A stretch of DNA of 32,000 bases from Archaeoglobus fulgidus DSM 4304 (GTDB lineage Archaea > Halobacteriota > Archaeoglobi > Archaeoglobales > Archaeoglobaceae): contig NC_000917.1 in assembly GCF_000008665.1 (NCBI RefSeq), forward strand, positions 1 to 32,000, read 5' to 3'. The position numbers were made by a program, and so were the translations under genes. Under the pieces are notes generated by a model. The model saw only the letters and a program-made list of their open reading frames with translations. It was not told the origin of the DNA and made no database searches. Positions 1 through 8,257 of the stretch are shown in pieces (position 1 is the stretch's first letter; each line of letters begins with the position of its first letter).

Positions 1-147
1 GAAAATGGTTTAATCGGAAATTGAGTAGGAGGATAAAAGTCGCATGCTATTATAAATGAGATGCACTTTCGACACCTCGCGGAAGTATATAAATGAAAGA
101 AGCCCTCAGAAAACTTTAAATTGGAAATAGAGGGAAAATTACTGATG
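1..147 (+). promoter_or_regulatory. Putative CRISPR leader with TATA-like boxes
   Basis: AT-rich sequence directly abutting repeat 1. TATA-like 'attataaat' at 49-57 and 'tatataaat' at 86-94. The decayed repeats lie at the opposite end of the array, which marks that end as the trailer. The leader may extend left of the window. Confidence 0.5.
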
Positions 148-3100
148 GTTGAAATCAGACCAAAATGGGATTGAAAGAGCCTTTCAGCCCTAGTGTGAGT
201 GTCAGGTTTACTCTTGTTGAAATCAGACCAAAATGGGATTGAAAGGTTTGTTAAGGGCTTTGATTTGCTCCTCGGTGGCTCTGGTTGAAATCAGACCAAA
301 ATGGGATTGAAAGTAAAGCAGTTCACCCCTGTTACTGGTTTAACTGCCTTGTTGAAATCAGACCAAAATGGGATTGAAAGGTATTTGAATCAATGAAAAG
401 AAATCTTACCTCGTCGTTGAAATCAGACCAAAATGGGATTGAAAGAGTCTTCTGGATGGGTCACAAGGGAGACATCGAGGCGTTGAAATCAGACCAAAAT
501 GGGATTGAAAGTCAGCAAGGTTACGTCGGAGATCCTCGAAGAGGGTATCAGTTGAAATCAGACCAAAATGGGATTGAAAGCGAGGATTGCTGCCAAAGAG
601 AGCGCCTCGTTCTTCGGTTGAAATCAGACCAAAATGGGATTGAAAGAAAGTGAACATGCTTAAAGAAATGCTGACAGAAATTGAGTTGAAATCAGACCAA
701 AATGGGATTGAAAGAGCGAGGAAGAGCTTGACGAATTCTTCAAAAGCGGAGTTGAAATCAGACCAAAATGGGATTGAAAGTTGCATTTACATCGGCAGAA
801 TTGGTCTCGTCGGAAGGCATGTTGAAATCAGACCAAAATGGGATTGAAAGCGGTTCTCTTACGTACTCATGCGAGAAGTGAGACTCGCGTTGGTTGAAAT
901 CAGACCAAAATGGGATTGAAAGAGCAAGTCGTGAAACTGAGCAGTCAAAACAGATCGTTAGTTGAAATCAGACCAAAATGGGATTGAAAGTTTTCCCATA
1001 CAATTACGACTTCGCCGGAAAAAAAGTTGAAATCAGACCAAAATGGGATTGAAAGAGCGAGTTCGACCACGTCGTAGGTCTGCTGTCGGCAAGTTGAAAT
1101 CAGACCAAAATGGGATTGAAAGTGTTTGAAGTAGTTGAATACACCGTTGTGCTGTTTGTTGTTGAAATCAGACCAAAATGGGATTGAAAGAGAGGGAGTA
1201 TTAGGGCCATACTGGCCGGAGTTGTGGTTGTTGAAATCAGACCAAAATGGGATTGAAAGATTCCAAATTGCGGAAAAAGATTCGAGGGCAGTTACTTCCC
1301 GTTGAAATCAGACCAAAATGGGATTGAAAGACGTCGTTTATTGCCGTAACGCTAACACCATACTCAAGAGTTGAAATCAGACCAAAATGGGATTGAAAGA
1401 AAGCCGTCCAGCGATTGTTTTCATCCGCACCGATAATAGGTTGAAATCAGACCAAAATGGGATTGAAAGGGTTTAGACTTCCAGCAGGTAAGACATTCAA
1501 GGTTCGTTGAAATCAGACCAAAATGGGATTGAAAGGAGGTAATAGCTGCGAGGGTCAAGCAGGTTTACGAGAAGTTGAAATCAGACCAAAATGGGATTGA
1601 AAGGAGCAATATTAGAAGAACTCATGGCCACTGGCGACTTCAGTTGAAATCAGACCAAAATGGGATTGAAAGTTACATATCCATTCACAGCACCTATGGC
1701 TGCCATCAAAATGTTGAAATCAGACCAAAATGGGATTGAAAGCTTCACAACCAGCCTGACCTCAATCTCTCCTCTCTCTTCGAGTTGAAATCAGACCAAA
1801 ATGGGATTGAAAGCATGGACATTCAGGCACAGCCAGAGCAAAAGACCTTCGTTGAAATCAGACCAAAATGGGATTGAAAGTTCGTTAAGCTTTTCTCTAA
1901 TTAGATTAACCGTTTTCGTAGTTGAAATCAGACCAAAATGGGATTGAAAGTTTGATGTGAAAACCGCCCCTAAGCTTCCCGTTCGTGTTGAAATCAGACC
2001 AAAATGGGATTGAAAGATCCTCACCGTCGGCGTGTCTTTCCCATTCAATTTCGGCGTTGAAATCAGACCAAAATGGGATTGAAAGCATCAGCTTATGCAT
2101 GTAATAAGCGAAGCTACATAACTGCACGTTGAAATCAGACCAAAATGGGATTGAAAGATCTATGTAGAGAAGGTATCCGATTTCATAGACTGGAGAGTTG
2201 AAATCAGACCAAAATGGGATTGAAAGTATTTTTTTAAAAAAATATATAAAAAAGGAGGTGATGCGTTGAAATCAGACCAAAATGGGATTGAAAGCTGTTC
2301 ATCCTGTTCGGAGTGTTGATTTACGCAATTCTCAGTTGAAATCAGACCAAAATGGGATTGAAAGTCGCTCTCTTGGTAGGTTACTTTGTCTTTACGGAGG
2401 TTGTTGAAATCAGACCAAAATGGGATTGAAAGCGGTTTCCTCGCTGATCCGACTCTTCAGCCATCGCTGTTGAAATCAGACCAAAATGGGATTGAAAGTA
2501 AGCGTCGCTGGGCGTCGCTCGGTGGTGGAACGGGTTAGTTGAAATCAGACCAAAATGGGATTGAAAGGCCAGGATAATTGAGCGTGTTGTAGAGTCTGCC
2601 GCTGTGTTGAAATCAGACCAAAATGGGATTGAAAGATTTCTGGTCGTGTTTACAAACTTAACGAACGCTACGAGTTGAAATCAGACCAAAATGGGATTGA
2701 AAGCCAGCATTGTTCCAGCCGCAGCCAAACCGAGAAGGGGTTGAAATCAGACCAAAATGGGATTGAAAGGCCGTTTTTCAGCCTCTTTGCCTTCATCCAG
2801 CATTTGTTGAAATCAGACCAAAATGGGATTGAAAGCCTCCTTTGGGTGGAGTTCCAATCAGGAACGTGATTGGGTTGAAATCAGACCAAAATGGGATTGA
2901 AAGAAAGAATGACCGAACACCTTAACCTCTCTATAACCCCACGTTGAAATCAGACCAAAATGGGATTGAAAGCTCTTCCCAACGTCACCCACAGATAACT
3001 ATCTGGAGATGGTTGAAATCAGACCAAAATGGGATTGAAAGGTAACCATAACCTACAAGTGCGGAGTGCCCTTGCAGTTGAAATCAGACCAAAATGGGAT

Positions 3101-4213
3101 TGAAAGTACTGCTCCCAGCACAAGGCAGCGCAGGCGTCGTGGTCTTCGTTGAAATCAGACCAAAATGGGATTGAAAGCCTACGGCCGCAAATCGGACAGA
3201 GCTTATCCATCCTGGTTGAAATCAGACCAAAATGGGATTGAAAGTTTGCATCTTCACCGGCATTGTCAGCTGCGAACTCTGAGTTGAAATCAGACCAAAA
3301 TGGGATTGAAAGATAGCTCTCTGTAACTCACTTCTTCCCCATACCATGTTTCTAGTTGAAATCAGACCAAAATGGGATTGAAAGAGCATCTTCGTCTTCT
3401 TTATCCTCTTCAGGAGCTCTAAGTTGAAATCAGACCAAAATGGGATTGAAAGGAAGTTTGCGTTTGTTCCAGAAGTTTGTAGAGTGCCAGTTGAAATCAG
3501 ACCAAAATGGGATTGAAAGAATGCTAATCGGATTCTCTGGTCCATCTGCAAGTGGCAGTTGAAATCAGACCAAAATGGGATTGAAAGTGCTTCATCTTTC
3601 TCCAACACTTCTACAATCTTGACTGTTGAAATCAGACCAAAATGGGATTGAAAGAAGACTACGACTCTTGGTAATCCATCGTTGCCTCTAATCGTTGAAA
3701 TCAGACCAAAATGGGATTGAAAGGGAACCCCGTAACTGGCTGCCTTCACGGCTGCGATTACTGCTACGTTGAAATCAGACCAAAATGGGATTGAAAGATC
3801 AAGAGCCCATGCCGTCAGAGAATGCGTTGAGGAGTGTTGAAATCAGACCAAAATGGGATTGAAAGTCTGATTTTTCGGCAACAACAAACCTGAACTCAGA
3901 ATTGCGTTGAAATCAGACCAAAATGGGATTGAAAGCCTTATCTCATCCTCAGCACCATAAGGCATTTGACCCTTGTTGAAATCAGACCAAAATGGGATTG
4001 AAAGCGAGACATTAACACAATTTATTGGGCATGTCCTGACGGGTTGAAATCAGACCAAAATGGGATTGAAAGGCAGACGACGTACACTACTGGGGCGTTG
4101 TCAAGGAACAGTTGAAATCAGACCAAAATGGGATTGAAAGTAAGAACATCTCATAAACTTGTGTTGGACTCGGTAGCTCCCAAGTTGAAATCAGACCAAA
4201 ATGGGATTGAAAG
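148..4213 (+). CRISPR. CRISPR array: 60 identical 30-bp repeats (GTTGAAATCAGACCAAAATGGGATTGAAAG) and 59 unique spacers of 35-44 bp
   Basis: I located each repeat start by hand (148, 216, 284, 351, 416 ... 4111, 4184) and saw no repeat variant. The + orientation puts ATTGAAAG at the repeat 3' end, the usual 8-nt crRNA 5' handle left by Cas6 processing. The repeat has no strong hairpin but carries TTGAAA at both ends. It matches the repeat I remember from Archaeoglobus fulgidus. Confidence 0.99.
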
Positions 4214-4289
4214 GCAATGGCGACTTTTGCATAGGTGGCAAGCGTGGCAAGAGGAAAAAGATTTTCTAATTTTTTTATGAATGTAGATT

Positions 4290-4784
4290 ATGAAAGAGAC
4301 GATTCAGCTTGCTATAGGGGTGATGCTGTTGGCCATGCTCGGTTGCTACATCTACATTACTGAGTTCTATCACTACGAATCAACTGAAGAGAGCTCAAAA
4401 GCTGCGATTGAATATTTGAATCAGCTTAGAGCTCAGAATGGCCTGCCTCCTGTAAAGTGGAATAAAACTCTTTACGAGTTTGCGCTGGAAAGGCTTGAAG
4501 ATATGCATGAAAGAGGCTATTACAGTCATTATGACCCTGTTACGCATGAGACGCTGATTTACAGATATGTTGAGGGGTATGTTGGAGAGTGTATCTTGAA
4601 TGGTGTAAGAGGTACAAATCTTCTCTCCAATGGGCTTCAGTCATTATTTGGCTATGAAGAAGAAGCTATAGATATCTGGTCTAAAAGCACCATGCACAAA
4701 CTCATTCTCACTGATAAACGCTTCACAGATGCCGCTGTAGCCTGCAAGTACGACATGTGTGTTTTGATTATGACGGGTGGTTGA
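4290..4784 (+). CDS. Membrane-anchored CAP/SCP (YkwD-like) domain protein
   Basis: One N-terminal hydrophobic helix (IQLAIGVMLLAMLGCYIYI). Then YkwD/CAP-like motifs: LNQLRAQNGLPPVKWNKTL...ALERLEDMHERGYYSHYDP...GECI...IDIWSKSTMHKLILTDKRFTDAAVA. The assignment rests on motif recognition only. Confidence 0.7.
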   Translation: MKETIQLAIGVMLLAMLGCYIYITEFYHYESTEESSKAAIEYLNQLRAQNGLPPVKWNKTLYEFALERLEDMHERGYYSHYDPVTHETLIYRYVEGYVGECILNGVRGTNLLSNGLQSLFGYEEEAIDIWSKSTMHKLILTDKRFTDAAVACKYDMCVLIMTGG

Positions 4785-4848
4785 GGTGTTCAGAAAAAAG
4801 AGGAAAAGTAAAAAACAATTGCTGCGATAATCGTTTTTGCCGGCGTTT

Positions 4849-4878
4849 TTTGAAATCAGACTAAAGTGGGATTACGTA
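4849..4878 (+). repeat. Degenerate (trailer) CRISPR repeat, about 22/30 matches to consensus
   Basis: tttgaaatcagactaaagtgggattacgta aligned against gttgaaatcagaccaaaatgggattgaaag. The 5' 25 nt are well conserved and the 3' handle is lost. It lies 635 bp beyond the last perfect repeat. Confidence 0.75.
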
Positions 4879-4907
4879 AATTTATTTGTGGAAAGTGTGA
4901 CAAGGAA

Positions 4908-4937
4908 ACAAAACTCAGACCGACGAGAGTTTAAAAC
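4908..4937 (+). repeat. Possible second, more decayed CRISPR repeat relic (about 17/30 matches)
   Basis: acaaaactcagaccgacgagagtttaaaac shares the TCAGACC core and the TT.AAA tail with the repeat. It sits 29 nt after the first relic. This is weak evidence. Confidence 0.3.
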
Positions 4938-5050
4938 CGCCTAAAGCTCTTCTCCAGCAAATCCACCACCAAATTTATTCATTAAGCTTTAACCGTTTAA
5001 AAATCCCCAAACGCCCAAACCTTAAATACCAAACCGCCCATCGAGAACCA

Positions 5051-6811
5051 ATGCCCCTCAGAATTGCAGTTGTGGACAGAGAACGCTGCCAGCCGAAGAA
5101 GTGCGGACAGGAGTGCGTGAAATACTGTCCTCGCGTCAGAACGGGAGACGAGACGGTAAAGATAGAAGACAAGGCCGTCATATCCGAGAATCTCTGCGTT
5201 GGATGCGGAATATGCGTCAAGAAGTGCCCGATGCACGCCATCTGGATTGTTGGTCTGCCAGAGGAGCTTGAGGGCAGGGAGGTGCACCGCTACGGCAAGA
5301 ACGGCTTCGTCCTCTACAACCTCCCCGTTCCGAGAAAGGGCTATGTGGTCGGAATTCTAGGCCCAAACGGGACGGGAAAGAGCACGGCAATCAAAATCCT
5401 TTCGGGGCAGCTCAAGCCCAACCTTGGGAAGGAGGAGGCAAGCTGGGAAGAGATATTTGACAGGTTTGCTGGAACAGAGCTTCTGGACTATCTGAAGGGG
5501 ATAAAGGAGGGGGCAATAAGAGTTAGCCAGAAACCGCAGTACATCGAAGCTATCCCTAAGGTTTACAGCGGTAAGGCGATTGAGCTGCTGAAGAGAGTTG
5601 ACGAGAGAGGGATGCTCGATGCTGTGGTTGAAAAGCTCGGCCTTGCGGAGGCAATAAAGAGAGATGTGAAGGATTTGAGCGGCGGAGAGCTTCAGAGGCT
5701 TGCTATAGCAGCCTGCATCCTCAGGGATGCAGACTTCTACTTCTTCGACGAGGTTACGAGCTACCTCGACATATACCAGCGCATTGCCGTTGCGGGAGTG
5801 ATAAGGGAGCTTGCTGCTGAAAAGACTGTTATGATAGTGGAGCACGACCTCGCCATCCTGGACATGCTTGCCGACTTCGTCCACATCACCTACGGTACTC
5901 CGGGCGTTTTTGGTGTCGTCACCAACGCGAAGGGAGCGAGAGTTGGCATAAACCAGTATCTGAGGGGCTATCTGGCTGAGGAGAACATCAGAATAAGGGA
6001 CAAGCCCATCGAGTTCGAGGTTTTCCAGCCGAGGGAAAGTGTGGGGGAGAATATCCTTGTTGAATATCCATCCTTCACCAAATCCTACGAGGGCTTCAGG
6101 CTTGAAGTTGAGGGGGGAGAGATTTATCAGGGAGAGGTTTTGGGAGTTGTAGGTTCAAACGCAACAGGCAAATCAACCTTCGTGAAGGTTCTTGCGGGAG
6201 TAATTGAGGATGACGAGAAGAAGGTTGAGCTGGATGTTAAGGTCAGCTACAAGCCCCAGTATGTTAAGGCTGATGTAAACATGCAGGTTGGGATGTTTCT
6301 GCGAAGAATAAACCCCATGATTGACAGCTCCTACTACAAAACCGAGTTTCTCAAGCCCCTGATGCTGGAAAACCTCATGGACCGCTACCTAGACGATTTG
6401 AGCGGGGGAGAGTTGCAGAGAGTCGCCATCGTCGCCTGCTTGCTGAGGGAAGCTGACCTCTACCTCCTTGACGAGCCCTCAGCCCACCTCGACGTGGAGC
6501 AGAGGACTGAGGCTGCGAGGGTCATAAGGAGGTTTGCACTAAACACGGGCAAGAGCGTTCTGGTTGTTGACCACGACATCTACCTCATTGACATGGTGAG
6601 TGACAGGTTGCTGGTCTTCGAGGGGCAGCCGGGAAAGCACGGCATAGCGAGAAGGCCGAGGGGAATGAGGGAGGGAATGAACCTCTTTCTATCGAAGCTG
6701 GGCATAACCTTCAGGAGAGACGAGGAGACAAAGAGGCCGAGAGTCAACAAGCCCGATTCGAGGCTGGACAGGGAGCAGAAGGCTGCTGGGGAGTATTACT
6801 ACTATTTCTGA
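5051..6811 (+). CDS. abcE1: ABCE1 / RNase L inhibitor homolog (ribosome-recycling ATPase)
   Basis: N-terminal di-cluster ferredoxin domain (CQPKKCGQECVKYCP; CVGCGICVKKCP). Two ABC cassettes with Walker A motifs GPNGTGKST and GSNATGKST, and two LSGGELQR signatures. Confidence 0.95.
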   Translation: MPLRIAVVDRERCQPKKCGQECVKYCPRVRTGDETVKIEDKAVISENLCVGCGICVKKCPMHAIWIVGLPEELEGREVHRYGKNGFVLYNLPVPRKGYVVGILGPNGTGKSTAIKILSGQLKPNLGKEEASWEEIFDRFAGTELLDYLKGIKEGAIRVSQKPQYIEAIPKVYSGKAIELLKRVDERGMLDAVVEKLGLAEAIKRDVKDLSGGELQRLAIAACILRDADFYFFDEVTSYLDIYQRIAVAGVIRELAAEKTVMIVEHDLAILDMLADFVHITYGTPGVFGVVTNAKGARVGINQYLRGYLAEENIRIRDKPIEFEVFQPRESVGENILVEYPSFTKSYEGFRLEVEGGEIYQGEVLGVVGSNATGKSTFVKVLAGVIEDDEKKVELDVKVSYKPQYVKADVNMQVGMFLRRINPMIDSSYYKTEFLKPLMLENLMDRYLDDLSGGELQRVAIVACLLREADLYLLDEPSAHLDVEQRTEAARVIRRFALNTGKSVLVVDHDIYLIDMVSDRLLVFEGQPGKHGIARRPRGMREGMNLFLSKLGITFRRDEETKRPRVNKPDSRLDREQKAAGEYYYYF

Positions 6812-6849
6812 ATCAGAAAATCTTATAAGGATTGTCAAAAATTTTTTAC

Positions 6850-7443
6850 ATGAAACTTTTCCACAGAATCACCATCTCCCTCTCGGAAGACGACATGAAG
6901 CTCATCGAGGAGCTGAGGAGAGATAGCGGCGACAGCCTGAGCAAGATTTTCAGGGAGGCGATTCAGCTTTACTACAACCTGCTTAAGGCTTCGAAGGCTG
7001 CAGGGGTGGATTTCAGAAAGTATTTCGCAAACGCAACACGCCTTGCCTTTCACATTAACGGAGTTGAGCAGAAGCAGTTTGCGGTCATAGACAGGGAAAT
7101 TTACAGAGTTATGCTGAAAAAGCTTCAGGAGAAGGTGCCGCCTGAGAGCATTGAAAGCGATGAGGAGTTCAGGTCTGCCGTTGCCGGGGTGGTGAAGCTT
7201 TTCGAGATTACGAGGGACAGGTGGAGTGAGTACACGGACGAGCAGAAGCTTGAGGAAATACTCACAACTATGGAGTTTGCCGGAGCCGGCACATTTGCCA
7301 GAGTGGGAGATAAAGAGTACATCTTCAACACCTATGCTGAGTCAACGGCCATAACCAAGCTTATAATTTCGTCGGTTTTGGCTTCCGCAGGCTTAAAGGT
7401 CGAGATAGACCACACTCCCGGCAAGATTTTCATAAGACTTTAG
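6850..7443 (+). CDS. Ribbon-helix-helix (CopG/Arc-like) transcriptional regulator with an uncharacterised C-terminal domain
   Basis: The N-terminus RITISLSEDDMKLIEELRRDSGDSLSKIFREAIQLYY fits a beta-strand/helix/helix RHH pattern. The start is moved to ATG 6850 (the ORF track uses TTG 6832). A TATA-like 'cttataag' at 6822-6829 lies about 25 nt upstream, which fits a leaderless mRNA. Confidence 0.6.
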   Translation: MKLFHRITISLSEDDMKLIEELRRDSGDSLSKIFREAIQLYYNLLKASKAAGVDFRKYFANATRLAFHINGVEQKQFAVIDREIYRVMLKKLQEKVPPESIESDEEFRSAVAGVVKLFEITRDRWSEYTDEQKLEEILTTMEFAGAGTFARVGDKEYIFNTYAESTAITKLIISSVLASAGLKVEIDHTPGKIFIRL

Positions 7444-7481
7444 CCAAATCAAGTTATTTTAATCAAAAGTCAGATAATTTT

Positions 7482-7516
7482 GTTATGAACTGATTCATAA
7501 CAGCTTTTATCTTTAG
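7482..7516 (+). promoter_or_regulatory. Palindromic operator (GTTATGAA-N4-TTCATAAC) fused to a TATA-like box, upstream of corrinoid protein gene 1
   Basis: Perfect 8-bp inverted repeat at 7482-7489 / 7494-7501, followed by CAGC and 'ttttatcttta' (7505-7515). SD GGAGGTG at 7536-7542, ATG at 7548. Nearly the same 35-nt element recurs at 9445-9477. Confidence 0.55.
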
Positions 7517-7547
7517 AAGGCCTATTTTCTAATTTGGAGGTGTTTAG

Positions 7548-8180
7548 ATGGCGGATGTTAGAAAGGAGTTCGTTCAGGCCTTGGCAGACCTCGACGAGGC
7601 AAAGACCGTAGAGCTGACAAAGAAGAGAGTTGAGAGCGGAGAGGATCCATTCACCATTCTTGAGGACGTCAGAAAGGCTACGGACATCATTGGAAAGCGC
7701 TTTGAGGAGGGAAGGTACTTCGTCTCAGACCTGATAATGGCGGGAGAAATTCTCAAGCAGGTAATGGAAATCCTAAGACCGCTGCTGGGAGAGAAGAAGG
7801 CTGAAAGCAAGGGAAAGGTCGTAATAGGAACAGTTGAAGGAGACGTCCACGACATAGGCAAGAACATTGTCATTGCGCTGCTTGAGGCTGAGGGCTTTGA
7901 AGTTGTTGATATAGGTGTTGACCAGCCCCCTGAAGCCTTTGTTGAGGCTGCAAATCAGCACAATCCGGATGTTGTTGGTCTCTCAGGCCTGCTTACCGAA
8001 GCTATAGAGAGCATGAAGAGGACGGTTGAGGCCTTAAGAAAAGCTGGCTACAAGGGCAAGATAATCATAGGAGGAGGAAGGACGAGCGAGGAGGCAAAGG
8101 AGTACACGGGAGCAGATGACTGGGCGGACGATGCCGCTGTCGGTGTGAGGAAGATCAAGGCTCTTGTGGGGGTGGAGTAG
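7548..8180 (+). CDS. mtoC: Cobalamin-binding corrinoid protein, copy 1 (MtaC/MtoC-type)
   Basis: B12-binding signature DxHxxG (GDVHDIGKNIV), followed by SGLL and IIGGG, after an N-terminal helical cap domain. The symbol is given by analogy to the Mto O-demethylase system. Confidence 0.9.
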   Translation: MADVRKEFVQALADLDEAKTVELTKKRVESGEDPFTILEDVRKATDIIGKRFEEGRYFVSDLIMAGEILKQVMEILRPLLGEKKAESKGKVVIGTVEGDVHDIGKNIVIALLEAEGFEVVDIGVDQPPEAFVEAANQHNPDVVGLSGLLTEAIESMKRTVEALRKAGYKGKIIIGGGRTSEEAKEYTGADDWADDAAVGVRKIKALVGVE

Positions 8181-8257
8181 ATGAACGCTGAGCAGCTCAT
8201 GGAGGAGAGAAGGCAGAGAATTGAGGACGTGGTAAAGGGGAAGGAGCCTGATAGGGT
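7566..8257 (+). repeat. Duplicated block A, copy 1 (partner 13511-14202, offset 5945 bp), about 98% identical
   Basis: Hand alignment found about 15 mismatches in 692 bp and no indels. The block covers almost all of the corrinoid protein gene plus the first 77 nt of the downstream methyltransferase gene. Confidence 0.9.

Noticed and set aside
1-30. Window start (gaaaatggtttaatcggaaattgag) shares AAAATGG and ATTGA with the CRISPR repeat, a possible extra degenerate repeat in the leader
   Set aside because: An alignment needs an ~11-nt insertion, and the spacing to repeat 1 does not fit the array period. It is probably coincidental AT-rich similarity.
393-3749. Many ORF-track entries on both strands inside the array (for example 3222-3749 minus, 175 aa; 406-786 minus, 126 aa)
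   Set aside because: Their products are just the CRISPR repeat translated over and over (LKSDQNGIE, FQSHFGLIST, LSIPFWSDFN) with spacer-derived linkers. They are artefacts of the repeat lacking stop codons in those frames.
4929-4950. Partial similarity between spacer 27 (1951-1986, ...gaaaaccgcccctaagcttccc...) and trailer DNA (...ttaaaaccgcctaaagctcttc...), a possible self-match
   Set aside because: Only a 9-mer plus scattered matches with indels. This is far below what targeting would need and is compatible with chance.
4785-5050. Promoter call for ABCE1 (tttaaaaa at 4996-5003; ttaaata at 5032-5038)
   Set aside because: Two competing TATA-like strings and no SD. I cannot decide between them, or place a transcription start, without data.
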